Assembly: GCA_965113315.1 (NCBI GenBank)
Contig: OZ220364.1
Source of the DNA: Podarcis vaucheri
Taxonomy: Eukaryota
DNA length: 64,000 nucleotides
Strand: one strand, 5' to 3'
Positions 39,036-51,505 of the stretch are shown one piece after another (within the stretch, counting starts at the first letter, position 1; each line of letters starts with the position of its first letter). The position numbers and the translations under genes are program-made. A model generated the notes under the pieces. The model was given only the letters and a program-made list of their open reading frames with translations. It ran no database searches and was not told the origin of the DNA.

Positions 39036-40069
39036 GTCAAGTATTCATGGTTTATGCTAGACATTTTAAAGAAAAAAATGTTAATGCATCTTCAAGGTAA
39101 GTGGCTAGAACATAGGATTGCAGAAGGGCTACATAAAGAAGTCCCCCCCCCTTTTTTTCGCTAGACACAGTCACACTGGCAACTGACTTCCTACATTGGT
39201 TGGCACCACGAAAACATGACACAAGTGTGACTTTTCTTCCAATAAAGTTTTGTGGGTTTTTTGCTTCATTTAAAGAGAGATAGGTTCCTACTAATCATGC
39301 CTGGACAAATTAGCATTTAAATATGTGTAAAGTATTTTGAGCTATAGTGCTTGGTGCTGGAGGCAGCAGTGAATAAACAAAAACAAAAAAAACTTCAAGT
39401 ATTTAGGCCCTTCTATCCCTCAGTTCCCTTTTCTCATAATGAATATGCTGTATTCATTGGCGTCTGTAAGTAACATTAGCAGAAGGTAGGAGAGGGACTG
39501 CTTAGCAACCCACAGAAATCCCAAAGAGAGGTGGAAAGGAAGTGATTTTCATGTAATTATTCACTGCTACAAAAGCTGTTGTCAGGTAGACACTAGAAAC
39601 ATAGCTGTTTTATTATTCCCCTAACCTACTTTTAATCTTTTGAGAATCACTTCCATTAAAAGAGGGGGAAAGAAAGGGCTTAATTCAGCCATTTTATGCC
39701 TAACCATTTAAGTTCTGTTTTCTCCCCTAATGAAGCCTCTGCTTACAGAAGCTGTGTTGTTGAAAACCCCTGGGTAGTAAAACCTCAGAAACAAAATGAG
39801 TCCTGTATCCAAATACTGCACATTTGCTGTTATTTATATACACACTGTAGAGTTCATATTTTGTGTTGCTTTATTTTCCTGCTGAATCACAGCATTTAAG
39901 GGCGAGACAAACTGAAGGTGTAATAAGATGATATGTACACGTAGTAATGAAAAGCTTGGATTACTGTGGTGAAGGTTAAACATACTTATATTTGATCATA
40001 CTTGGAGCACTTTCCACACTTAAGATTCCACAGAAGGCACAATTTAAGTCTTGTTTGCTTGTGAGATAA

Positions 40070-40290
40070 AATCTTGGGCAGCCCCTGAGTTGTGGAACTC
40101 CCTCTCCACAGAGGTCTGTCTGGCAATGTCACTGTACAGTTTTCAGTGGATGCTGCAGATGCGCCTCTTTACCCTGACCTTTGACCGCTGAGATGTTCAT
40201 TTTTAGGACCCACTCTATTTTTGTGATTTTTTTTAAAATTGTAAGTTTTTTATCTGTTTAAACATTGTAATCTACTCTGGGTTCTTTAAA
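40070..40290 (+). mobile_element. L2 3' end remnant
   Basis: APELWNSLSTEV..SFQWMLQMRLF, followed by a T-rich UTR. Confidence 0.55.
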
Positions 40291-40730
40291 ACAACAACAA
40301 CAAGCCCACAAATTATGTAACATCTCAGCAACATGTCTACTTCCTTCCTCCCAAACTTAGAGAAAAGCTCAGAAGTACCGAAGAATTTTCAAAAACAGAT
40401 TTTTGTTTTCAACTTCAGGAAAATTGCTATTTAAAATGTAAATAATGCCAAGACTCATCAACAATAATGCATAATTTATTTCAGTCTTCAACTATAAAAT
40501 GTTTATTCATTCCTTGATGAAAATAAGCATAGTAAACAGCTTTCTGTATCTGGAAGAGTCTGTTTTATATAGTAGTAGATCTGAATTTCATTATAAGTGC
40601 TCTGGGGGAGGGGGAGGGAAATGCTGTAGTTGGGTGAAAACATCTGTATAGCCACTAATATGCAGGGAATTTTTTCTCAAACATTTCTTGTGTGTGACTG
40701 ATGGTTGAATACTGCACTAGCATGCACTAG

Positions 40731-41080
40731 AAAGGTAAAGGGACACCTGACCATTAGGTCCAGTCGTGGATGACTCTGGGGTTGCAGTGCTCATCTCGCT
40801 TTATTGGCTGAGGGAGCCGGCGTACAGCTTCCGGGTCATGTGGCCAGCATGACTAAGCCGCTTCTGGCGAACCAGAGCAGCACACGGAAACGTCGTTTAC
40901 CTTCCTGCCGCAGCGGTACTTATTTATCTACTTGCACTTTGACATGCTTTTGAACTGCTAGGTTGGCAGGAGCAGGGACCGAGCAACAGGAGCTCACCCC
41001 ATCACGGGGATTCGAACCGCCGACCTTCCGATCAGCAAGTCCTAGGCTCTGTGGTTTAACCCACAGTGCCACCCGTCCCT
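40731..41080 (-). mobile_element. Sauria/Squam1 SINE, full length
   Basis: Collinear with other copies; 11-bp TSD AGCATGC(A/G)CTA. Confidence 0.94.
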
Positions 41081-41685
41081 TATCAGAGCATGCGCTACTT
41101 TGTATAAATAGTATAATCAATCTATAAAGTAATTCATTATACATTTAAAATGTAGAGGTTGTTCTCTGTTGTATTGAAACTCAAAAATTTAATGGCTTCA
41201 GCAAATTTCTGAATCACACGTTTAACTGTAAGAAGTTGTTATCAGTCACCAGAAATCATGGTATTCAATTTAATGCAATGCATGTTACACTTAAACTCAT
41301 AGGGAGGAATTCAGTGTAGCACTGAGTGGGGAATGCACATGAGGAAGTTGGTGCTCATGGAGTAGGACTTTGCCTCACTCTTCTTTTCCTGCATCCCCTC
41401 TGACCTGTTCTGAGGGTTTGCCCAGCTCTCCAGAGCAGATTTAGGGGGGACGTCCCATTGTACAAGTAGAGCTTGTTCCACAACTGCAACAATGTCCTTG
41501 AATGTCACCTTCCAGTTTGAGCAAAGTCATGTTCATCATACCCTCTTCTGAAATATTTGCTGACTTTTGACTGAAACAAAAGTCAAAGAGAGCAGGTTCT
41601 CTATGTCCCTTCTTTTCTATTGTAAAACTGGGGTGTGGTGGAACCTTTCCCAGTACAAAAATCTTGATCAGTTATGCCAGAATTG

Positions 41686-42471
41686 TGTTGCGTGTCAAGG
41701 TCCCCAAGCCACCCCCAAATAAATCACAATTCACACAGAATTTTTGTTTAAGGTTTTTGGTATAATTTTGGCCACAACTATATTAAAATACATAAATGTG
41801 AGTGGTTGCTTAGGCATTGGTTCCGACTATCTGTCCCCGTCCCGGGACAGAAATGACTTCAGATTCCAGCGAAAGCCAGTAAAGGAAAACAATATTGGGG
41901 AGAAAATGGAGCCGGGCACCAGACCCTCACCTCTCCCCGCATGTTCCCAGGGGCTTGCGTCGCCCAAGCCCCATGCCAAGGATTTGGACAAAAGCATGGC
42001 GAGCCCCTGGATTCCTTTAACAGAATTCCCTTGCAGCAGCAGCACTGGAGGGGCAGGCACTGCCAACCACATCCCCTCCACCAACCAAAAATTAACCAAT
42101 GCCTAAACACAACCTTACAAGTTGTGACGATTTGCTACACAGTAAGCAAAAACCGAATGGCACCAGCCAATCAACCAACTGGACAAAATTCCTACCAGTC
42201 CCCTGCCCCAAAAGCAGATGACCCCATGACAGGCATAGCAAGGTCAGACGCAAGAGCCCTAAATTAGGGAGGGAGGGCAAGTGATCTGGTACACACTGCA
42301 AAAGAGAACGCTCAATGCTGCATGCCCTGCACATAAAACCTTTGGTCCATCCCACAAATTGGCAACATCAAAATTAGCCCAGTAACCCAAACAGCCCAAT
42401 CACTGCCAATGACCATCTAAATGATCCCACCCAGCAACTGAGGGGGTGGCCTGTCAGACCCCACTGCAACA
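41686..42471 (-). mobile_element. 786-bp LTR-like element (solo LTR or Ngaro/DIRS-type terminal repeat, unassigned)
   Basis: TGTTGC...GCAACA termini; minus-strand poly(A)-like AATATAGTTGTGGCC; GC-richer than its flanks; no clear TSD. Confidence 0.55.
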
Positions 42472-42518
42472 CGTGCTCTCCATGAAGGAGAACACGCTTT
42501 ATAGTATCTCATAAATTG

Positions 42519-42825
42519 AGGGACGCAGGTGGCGCTGTGGTCTAAACCACAGAGCCTAGGGCTTGCTGATCAGAAGGTTGGCGGTTCGAATCCCCGCGAC
42601 AAGAGTGAGCTCCCGTTGCTTGGTCCCTGCTCCTGCCAACCTAGCAGTTCGAAAGCACGTCAAAGTGCAAGTAGATAAATAGGTACTGCTTCGGCGGGAA
42701 GGTAAGCAGCGTTTCCATGCGCTGCTCTGGTTCACCAGAAGTGGCTTGGTCATGCTGGCCACATGATCTGTACGCCGGCTCCCTTGGCCAGTAAAGCAAG
42801 ATGAGCTCCGCAACCCCAGAGTCTT
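42519..42825 (+). mobile_element. Sauria/Squam1 SINE lacking its 3' Bov-B-derived tail
   Basis: Stops at CCCCAGAGTCTT; perfect 14-bp TSD TATCTCATAAATTG. Confidence 0.93.
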
Positions 42826-43220
42826 TATCTCATAAATTGGATAGACTCATCTCTATTCAACCTCTATTCTTCGGGAATAATTCATATATAATAACACAAG
42901 AGGGACTCACCAGCAGACTCCAAATCTCCAATGAGAACGGTGACTGTTTTTTGGGAGGAGGGTTGAGAAACCCGGTGGGAGATGGAGTATCCTGAAGATA
43001 CTTCACACTGCAAAATTTTGTTACAGAATTCTTTGTTGTGATTCATAATACCTAGAGTTCTTATTTAGGCATGGTGGGTGAGAGAGAGAAAAGTAAACAG
43101 GAAATCACTAGGAAATCTCTGGAAATGGCAAATTATTCACTGTTCTGGTTGTTGTAAACTATTAATTTCTGATTAGTTTGGCTTAATAGTACATGTGAAT
43201 TGTACTATTAAGTTGCCATG

Positions 43221-43363
43221 TAGGGTTGCCATATGTCCTCTTTTTCCAGGGCACGTCCTCTTTTTCATGGGTATGTAAATTGAGAGTTGTCATGGTGATC
43301 CATAGTTAAAAGTGGAAGTCAGCAAGTGTCCTCTTTTTTGCTCTTCAAAATATAGCAACCATA
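43221..43363. mobile_element. hAT (Blackjack-like) MITE
   Basis: TAGGGTTGCCATAT..ATATAGCAACCATA; repeated GTCCTCTTTTT subterminal motifs. Confidence 0.7.
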
Positions 43364-43789
43364 CCAAATGAACATCACATAACAATCCTTCCTTTATTAT
43401 ATTAACCCCTTGTAGATTCTTATACTCACTGAGGAATGTATTTGTGAGCATTGCTTTCTGATCTTTGCGATCAACGCCATCAATAATACGCTTGATAAAT
43501 TTGTTAGATCTGCTAGATTTCCTTGTTTCTAGTATTTTACAACCATGATATATAAAGCAGCTGGCAATGATGGCATGTTTCAAAGATATCACTTCATCTC
43601 TTCAAGTCACTTCATTACATTCAATAGATCCATTGTAGTTCCAACTTTGTAATTTGCAGCTTTGTTGTGATCACTTTTTTATAAAAAAAAGTTTTGAATG
43701 ACTTATTTTTACCACCCCCTTTCTCTGGAGCTTCAAAATATTATATATAATAGTTTTTACTCTTTCCAAACCTACGTTAAAATGGTAAA

Positions 43790-44470
43790 ATCTACAGGGT
43801 TGGTGTAAACTGACTTCCTCATCCCATCCTCTTCATAGCAGCCTCTGAAACCCCACCGTGAGGATTCAGGAACCCTGCTGAATTGGGAGGGAAGCTGAGG
43901 TATGGTGGGCTGATTAGAAGGGGGAAATTCTTTAAAACCGAGTGGAGGCTTCCTCCCCAAACTGGAGAATTAGTTTATGCAGAGTTTTCAGAGATTCGTC
44001 CCTTCTCCCCCTGCGGCCATGGAGTATCACCTTAAGGGAGCCTGGGCGGTGGTTTTTGTCCATAACGCCCCATTGGGTGATCCTGGGGTATCATGAATTG
44101 ACATCTGTAATTAACAAAGTTATGGCCTTTTCAATCCCAAACACACCTGTCCTGTGTCATTTGTTGATGTCACTATGGCACCACTGCTCCCGGCTCTACT
44201 CAGCTCACAAAGCCCTTTGCTGGGTGTGGTGGTTGGGGCCACAACGATGCCATGGCAGGGCTGATTTCCCTTCCTCAGTGGGAGGTGATGCTCCTGCTTC
44301 CTCTCACTGCACTGGTGGCTAGGTACTTACTTGTAAGGCCAATTGCAGGTGAGCTGGGGGTATGGCTGGGGCGCGGACCTGATGGGGAAATTATTCTCTG
44401 TGGTCGACTTCCTCATTTTCTTCCATGGAAGGTACATATGTCCCTTCTCAGTTCTGAGGCTGGTACCCCC
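43790..44470 (+). mobile_element. LTR-like or Ngaro-like remnant related to 41686-42471
   Basis: Shares motifs TTTTGTCCA and AACAAAGTTATGGCC; boundaries uncertain. Confidence 0.4.
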
Positions 44471-44623
44471 TCTGAAAAAAAATAGACAAAAATGGCTTCA
44501 AAATGATTTATTCAATTTCATTGTTCTTTCAGCTTCCAAAAGTGTGGTCTCTGGACTGGTAGCAAAGGTTTATGGAATCAAGTTGATCTAGTAGATACCG
44601 TCCTCCTTATAGACTATGCAGAC

Positions 44624-44661
44624 ATCATCATCATCATCATTATTATTATTAGTAGTAGTAG
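44624..44661. repeat. Compound (CAT)n(TAT)n(TAG)n microsatellite at an L2 tail
   Basis: Read directly; followed by ATACCGCCCTTCATCC, an L2 3' end on the minus strand. Confidence 0.85.
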
Positions 44662-44747
44662 TATACCGCCCTTCATCCGTAGATTTCAGGGCAGTTCACA
44701 GCATAAAATACAAGGTTGTTGTTGTTTTTTAAAAGCATAATAAGCAT

Positions 44748-45120
44748 GTTGTTTAGTCATTTAGTTGTGTCCGACTCTTCGTGACCCCATGGACCAGAGC
44801 ACGCCAGGCATTCCTGTCTTCCACTGCCTCCTGCAGTTTGGTCAAACTCATGCTGGTAGCTTCGAGAACACTGTCCAACCATCTCATCCTCTGTCGTCCC
44901 CTTCTCCTTGTGCCCTCCATCTTTCCCAACATCAGGGTCTTTTCCAGGGAGTCTTCTCTTCTCACGAGGTGGCCAAAGTATTGGAGCCTCAGCTTCACGA
45001 TCTGTCCTTCCAGTGAGCACTCAGGGCTGATTTCCTTAAGAATGGAGAGGTTTGGTCTTCTTGCAGTCCATGGGACTCTCAAGAGTCTCCTCCAGCACCA
45101 TAATTCAAAAGCATCAATTC
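44748..45120 (-). mobile_element. Bov-B LINE 3' fragment
   Basis: Track ORF 44753..45154: RIDAFELWCWRRLLRVPW..HGVTKSRTQLND; 10-bp TSD TAA(T/C)AAGCAT. Confidence 0.95.
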
Positions 45121-46387
45121 TAACAAGCATACAACGTAATAAAAACAAGAACAAAACAAAACAATTATCTTCCTCTCCTGTCCCTCTAGCTATTTGGCAA
45201 ATATGACATCACAGCAATTCTGACATATCAATTTTACTCCACTGATGCAAGTGTTAATTCCAAAGGTAGCTTCAGTATGGCATTGGTAAGATGTATATTT
45301 GAAAATGCATTGTAAACAAAAAATATTGCTGCAATATTCCACCTAATTAAAGAATTGTGAGATGTTATTTTCAAGAGTTTGAGACCACTTTAGCCCACAA
45401 ATGATCTTTAAAAATCCATTTTGGTTTGCCATGCAATGTAGAGAACTGCTGTTGAAGAAATGAGATCTCCAGACTTTTTAGTTAAAATGTGTTCCGTATC
45501 CACTTTTCTCACTATGAAGTAGAACATTTTACAGATATAATCAGCTATATTTTACTTATCATGACAGCAGTAAAACCATTTTAACTTGTGACACAAGTTA
45601 AATGTGATCGTACTAGTGCTTCAAAACAGAAACACTTCCAGCTTTCAACAACTTGAGAAATCGGAGCCTCTTGGAATTTACATGTAAAATACATTTTATC
45701 TTTTTTATGATTTGGAGTTCCATGAGACAACTGGTAATTCAATCCAATTTCTATCTTGCATTAAGCATTTTGTCCTGAAATTTTAACGGTTAAATTGCTA
45801 GATAGGAGTATTATCCATGGTTGGATTTTTTGTTTTCTCTCTGGGAAGCTGACCTGTATGCAATATTGCAAAATGCTTTTGAAACTCCCTGTAGTTCCAA
45901 ATGCAGTTTCCTGTGATCGACAAAAGAAGCAGAAATGGTTTTACAGTTCATTGATGCTGACCATAACTTTTACATTCACAAATTTTAAACAATCATCATT
46001 ATATTTGTCTTTATTTATTTGACTGCATTGTCACTTATTTAGACACTATCATGAAACCTTAGGACGAGTTACTTATAATGAAAGCTGTTGAAGATATGTT
46101 AGTGCTGATAGTATACTCATCAAAGAATAAGTTACAGTTCAGACACATCTGGAATGCTGTGTCAGAGTTGGCTTTTGGGTAGCACAACTGGTTCCACTGC
46201 ACTGGGCGTTGAGCCTAGGGGGCGCCACTGGGTGTCACAACTATGATGTAATGAACTGAGCAGAACAGAAGGCAAGAGACAAGGGCCACCAAATTTTGGC
46301 CTTGCACAGGGCACCGCTAAAATTTGAAAGACCAAAGTCCTCCCCTAGCTGTATGCAGTTCTGGTTGCTTCATCTAAAAAAAGAATA

Positions 46388-46638
46388 CAGTAGCACCTTG
46401 GTTCTCGAACTTAATCTGTTCTGGGAGTCTGTTCGACTCCCGAAACTATTCAAAAACCAAGGTGCAGTTTCTGATTGGCTGCAGGAGCTTCCTGCACTTA
46501 ATCAGAAGCTGTGGAAGCCGCATTGGACGTTCAGCTTCCAAAAAACGTTCGCAAACTGGAACACTCACTTCCGGATTCGCAGCGTTTGGGAGCCAATTTG
46601 TTCGGGAGCCAAGCCATTCAAGTACCAAGGTACCACTG
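46388..46638. mobile_element. Tc1/mariner (pogo/Tigger-like) MITE
   Basis: CAGTAGCACCTTGG..CCAAGGTACCACTG with TA TSD. Confidence 0.88.
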
Positions 46639-46746
46639 TATATTAAACTTGAAATGATAAAAGAGAAGGGGCTGGAGTTGCCATGGGGAAATGGTGATGG
46701 GAAGTGCATGGCATGGAGACAGTGGGTAGAGTATATCTATGGGACT

Positions 46747-46821
46747 CATAAAATCGTAAGAGTTGGAAGGAATGCAGGAATATACAGCTGACCCTTATGG
46801 GGATCGAACCTGCGACCCTGG
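46747..46821 (-). mobile_element. 5'-truncated SINE with tRNA-Ile-like head and CR1-derived tail
   Basis: Minus strand CCAGGGTCGCAGGTTCGATCCCCATAAGGGTCA resembles the tRNA-Ile(AAT) 3' half, then GCTGTATATTCCTGCATT..CCTTCCAACTC..TATGA; TSD GGACTCA(T/C)A. Confidence 0.7.
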
Positions 46822-47243
46822 ACTCACACTACTAGAATTCAGGGTTAACCGATGAAGTGGCTTGGCAGTAGATTCAGGAGAGGTAAAAGAAGTTTATGAA
46901 ATTTACTGCCAGAAGATGTAGCAATGGCCTCTGGCTTAGATTACTTTAAATTGAGATGAAAATAAATTCACAGGGGATAGGTCTATCAACTGTGAGCCAC
47001 TGCTGTTTGAACCTGCTGGATATGGTATGGTTCTGATACTGTATGGGTGACAAACAGCAGAATGAATGAGAAGAAACAGAATGATGATAACCGTTATATA
47101 GCCATGAAGGAAGTTCCTCATTCAAGTCTATTACACTGGTCTGAAAAAAAAAAGTAATTTTGCAATTTCAAGTGAATTGCAAAAACAAACCCCAAAACAC
47201 TGGATAGCACTAGAGAATCTAATTTCAAGGCTTCTTCTAATAA

Positions 47244-47426
<183 letters not shown>

Positions 47427-48524
47427 TAATACACAATTACAGTCATGTTTATTTTTTCTGTTGAGTGGTCTAGTCTGGCAAATATGTACATGACTGTTTG
47501 AGGTACCCAACTAAATAATTGTGTATGTGGAACAACTTCTGTGATTGCAATGGAATTTCCCCTCTCCCCACATGCCCCCCACTCCGCCGCTAAATCTTTG
47601 CTGGAGGGTTGCAGGAACTCCCAAAGCAGATTTAGGGGATGTGCAAGGGAAGGAGAGGAAGGAGAAGTTCATTTGCGCATTCAAAAGTTATTTTATGTGT
47701 GAGAGTGGAATAGTTGCATAGAGCTGAATATATATTAGTTACACAGAACATACACAGAATATATACACAGAACATGCTTGAGTACTGTTATGACATTTTA
47801 AGGGTTCTGAGCATTACTTGATCCCTTTGCTTTTGAACTGATTTCTTTTGAAAATGGTAATTTGAGAGGAAGAATTAATGTTCCATTATTAAAGTTATAA
47901 AGATAAATATAGAATAGATAATACGTTAACTGTATTTTAGGCACATGTATGATGCATGCATTATACAAAAATTAACTAGCACAAGTTTTATCATTTGTGA
48001 ATATTTTTTCATGTACTTAGATTTTAGTCATATACACTTACCTGGAAGGAAGCCTCACTGAACAGGGTGGGACTTAATTTTTGGGTAGACATGTAGAGGA
48101 TTGTGCTGTTCAGAAAATATATGGCTACATGGAGCAGGAATTCTAACAGCCCAACGCCTTTTTAATGACAAAGATTAATCTAGAATTCCACGTGGTGGTA
48201 CATTAGCATTGGTGCCATACTAGTATAAAATTGTGAATTTGGTCAGTATTCACTGCAGGTGTGGTATCACCTTTCAGTACATTAAATTACATGGTATGAC
48301 TAGTGGTTCTGGTAACATATTTTGGGGATGAAAAATTTACATAGTATACCCTTTGGAGAATGCTGATTTTCTGAGTGTTTTAAAATGGCAGGTAATGGAT
48401 AGAACAAGAGTAGTGTCCATTTCATATACACTTTTAAAAAGCTATAACACAGCAGCCATAAGATCTAGGTACCGCCATGTGACAATAACCTTGTAGTTCA
48501 TAAAGAAATTTGAAAGTGGTGTAT

Positions 48525-48543
48525 TGGCTCCCTCTAGTGTAAA
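48525..48543 (-). promoter_or_regulatory. Candidate CTCF motif
   Basis: Minus strand TTTACACTAGAGGGAGCCA versus consensus CCACYAGRKGGCRS; visual match only. Confidence 0.3.
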
Positions 48544-48863
48544 CTTTAATGCTTATCCGCTTTAACTGTATAGCCAGCACACGATACATGCCCTTAATTC
48601 ACCTCTTAGTTTCATCTTTCATAATTCTAAATAATCATCTGCTTGTTCTTTCTTAAGACTACTATGGTATATTATTAAGTGATTGATCACTCATTTGATT
48701 CTGGGACCAGTTTGTCTGTTTACTTATAACAGCTTTTCTTCATAAAAACTACATTACCTAGGTAAACATTACAATTTTAATTTTTGTTAATAAGATTGTG
48801 TGTGTATACAGACTTTTTTTAAAAAAAAAAAGATTTGTATCACATGGGAGAATTTTATTTCTA

Positions 48864-48906
48864 TCCTGGGATAGCTCAGTTGTCAGACCATGAGACTCTT
48901 AATCTC
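48864..48906 (+). mobile_element. tRNA-Lys(CTT)-derived SINE head fragment (5' half only)
   Basis: GATAGCTCAGTTGTCAGACCATGAGACTCTTAATCTC; no T-arm or box B. Confidence 0.65.
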
Positions 48907-49486
48907 CGCTGAGATATCCCCTCAGATGGAGAATCAACTATGATATTTTGAGAACATTAAAAACCAAATATTTTTTTCATGAATTTTAATTAGACTCATA
49001 ATGCATCTGATATTATCTTACCTTCAAATTTTACCTTTTTAAAAATCCCTAGTCACTAACAAGATTTGCATAAAACATACTAAGGTTTCTGGTAAGGAAG
49101 TTTAAGATGTTTTTGTGAAAATCGGATGCTGCTAAGCTGCTATAAGGAAATTGAAATATACTGCAAAAATAAAGTCAGTGTCACTTTTATTCATAGGCTG
49201 CAAAGTCCCACTATCCTGTTCACTCACCATGTTTATTGAACTACAAATTCAGCTGGTCTGTTGGTCTATTTATTATGCAAAATAGGAAGGGAGGAATATC
49301 CAGTTTAAACAGATGCCATACAGTTATTGTAACTGATACATATATCTGAAGCACAGTCTAGCATTTCCCCCTAGTCAGTGGTATTTATTATAATGATTTT
49401 TAATGCAGCCAGTCTGTAAAAATGTAAGATTCTTTACACATTAAAATGAACCTCTTTACACATTAAAATGACTGACTTATCAGTTC

Positions 49487-49570
49487 TGTTGAAGACAGCA
49501 GTGCCTGGCGTACTCTGGTCCATGGAGTCACAAAGAGTCGGACACGACTAAACGACTAAACAACAACAAC
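49487..49570 (+). mobile_element. Very short Bov-B 3' fragment (about 85 bp)
   Basis: GAAGACAG..GAGTCGGACACGACTAAACGACTAAA(CAA)n; TSD ATCAGTTC(T/A)GT. Confidence 0.9.
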
Positions 49571-49784
49571 ATCAGTTCAGTCATTAAGAAATGATGCCTT
49601 AGGCCAGGACTTATTTTAGTAAATTACAAGCTAAACCAATATTATGTAGTAGATCCAACTATTCAGTCATGCCTGACATTGTAAGTCATGCCAACTCATA
49701 ATATTCATCAAATATTGTAGTCTTATCATGAGAGTAGAGAACGTTTCTTATCTGAGCCTTGGGCAAAGTTAACACATTTCTTAA

Positions 49785-49900
49785 CAAATTCCAGAGAGGT
49801 AGCTTTGTTAAGCTGTTGCAAGAACAACAATGTCTTGTGGTACCTTAAAGGCTAATAAACAAACCTGTTACATTTAAGGTGCCACAAGTCTGTTTTGTTT
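49785..49900. mobile_element. Penelope-like element terminal remnant (inverted pseudo-LTR ends)
   Basis: TCTTGTGGTACCTTAAAGGCTAA..TTAAGGTGCCACAAG inverted motif, typical of sauropsid PLE ends. Confidence 0.5.
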
Positions 49901-49924
49901 ACATTTTTCCTCTTTTACTGACTA

Positions 49925-50163
49925 CAGTGGTACCTCGGGTTACATACGCTTCAGGTTACATACACTTCAGGTTACAGATTCCGCTAACCCAGAAATAGTA
50001 CCTCAGGTTAAGAACTTTGCTTCAGGATGAGAACAGAAATCGTGCTCTGGCGGTGCGGCAGCAGGAGGCCCCATTAGCTAAAGTGGTGCTTCAGGTTAAG
50101 AACAGTTTCAGGTTAAGAACGGACCTCCGGAACGAATTAAGTTCTTAACCCGAGGTACCACTG
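49925..50163. mobile_element. Tc1/mariner (pogo/Tigger-like) MITE, young
   Basis: Perfect TIR CAGTGGTACCTCGGGTTA/TAACCCGAGGTACCACTG; TA TSD; internal TTCAGGTTA repeats. Confidence 0.93.
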
Positions 50164-50230
50164 TACTGTGAAATTACAAATTGTATTGTAAACATTTACT
50201 CACACTTTGGTAAAACAGATGGTTTATCAG

Positions 50231-50429
50231 CAGGGCCGGATCACCCATGAGGTAAGGTGAGGCAACTGCCTCAGGCAGCAGGTTCCAAAGGAGCAGCAGA
50301 TCCCGATGTAAATCTTTATTCCTCCCTTGTTCCTGATGTAGATCTTCCCTCACATCTTCTTCCCTGGCAGGGAGGGGAATGCCATTTTGTGGTTTGCCTC
50401 ATGTGCCAAAATGTCTTGGGCCTGTTCTG
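50231..50429. mobile_element. hAT (Tip100-like) MITE
   Basis: CAGGGCCGG..CCTGTTCTG; perfect 8-bp TSD TTTATCAG. Confidence 0.85.
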
Positions 50430-51029
50430 TTTATCAGTATGACAAAAATTGCTTACCTGTGTCACTGGAAACAAAGCTGACTCTAAACCTGCTTCAGGCA
50501 GCAGCCCTGCACATAAATATTGATTGCAAATACTAAAATGTACCACTGTTGCATTTACAGTATATTATCTCTGAAGGGTTTGTGTCACTTCTTCTAAGGT
50601 TAGAAGTTTTCTCTGTTGACCTTGAAGCATATCTGCATCACTATGCAGTCAGCTATGTTGAGGCCCATGAAGCTAATAATTGCAGGTCCACAAAGGGGTG
50701 ATTTGGAAGTTGTCTTACTAGATACTGAGTGGAGAACTGGAAGCAGTGAGGAAGCCCTGCCTATTGGCAAAGTCCACCAATCGCAACTTGATGGCCAAAT
50801 AAAGAGACAGGCACAGAGGTTGGGTTGAACTAGGGCCACTTTATTTAAGATTAAACCATAATAAAACCTCTGCAGAGGGGAAGGAACACTATTGCTGCTC
50901 TACGGTGACCAAAACACTTGTTTCATTGTCTGATTTTTCTAATAACTGTGGTGTCTTGATCTACATGTGTACCAAATTTCAAAGCTGTTGTAGCCGCCCA
51001 AAAATATGTGAAGCAAAGCCACACACTGA

Positions 51030-51191
<162 letters not shown>

Positions 51192-51277
51192 TAAAAGTAT
51201 ACATTTATTATTATGTTAAAGTGTATTTGATATACTAGTGGTATTGTGTACTTTAATCATTATGTATTATTTGTTAA

Positions 51278-51505
<228 letters not shown>

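Larger units (their letters stand above)
46350..47000 (+). mobile_element. Old CR1 fragment carrying a nested Tc1/pogo MITE and a SINE
   Basis: CMQFWLLHLKK | ..MAWRQW.. | HTTRIQG*PMKWLGSRFRRGKR..LPEDVAMASGLDYFK. Confidence 0.65.

Noticed and set aside
41744-42355. Cluster of five overlapping 83-120 aa ORFs
   Set aside because: They lie in a GC-richer LTR-like repeat and show no recognisable domain.
42520-42540. CTCF-like CGCAGGTGGCGC in a Sauria SINE head (also 9131-9146 and 46213-46228 in MITEs)
   Set aside because: Partial matches; other SINE copies carry GCGGGT instead, so I cannot claim TE-spread CTCF sites without binding data.
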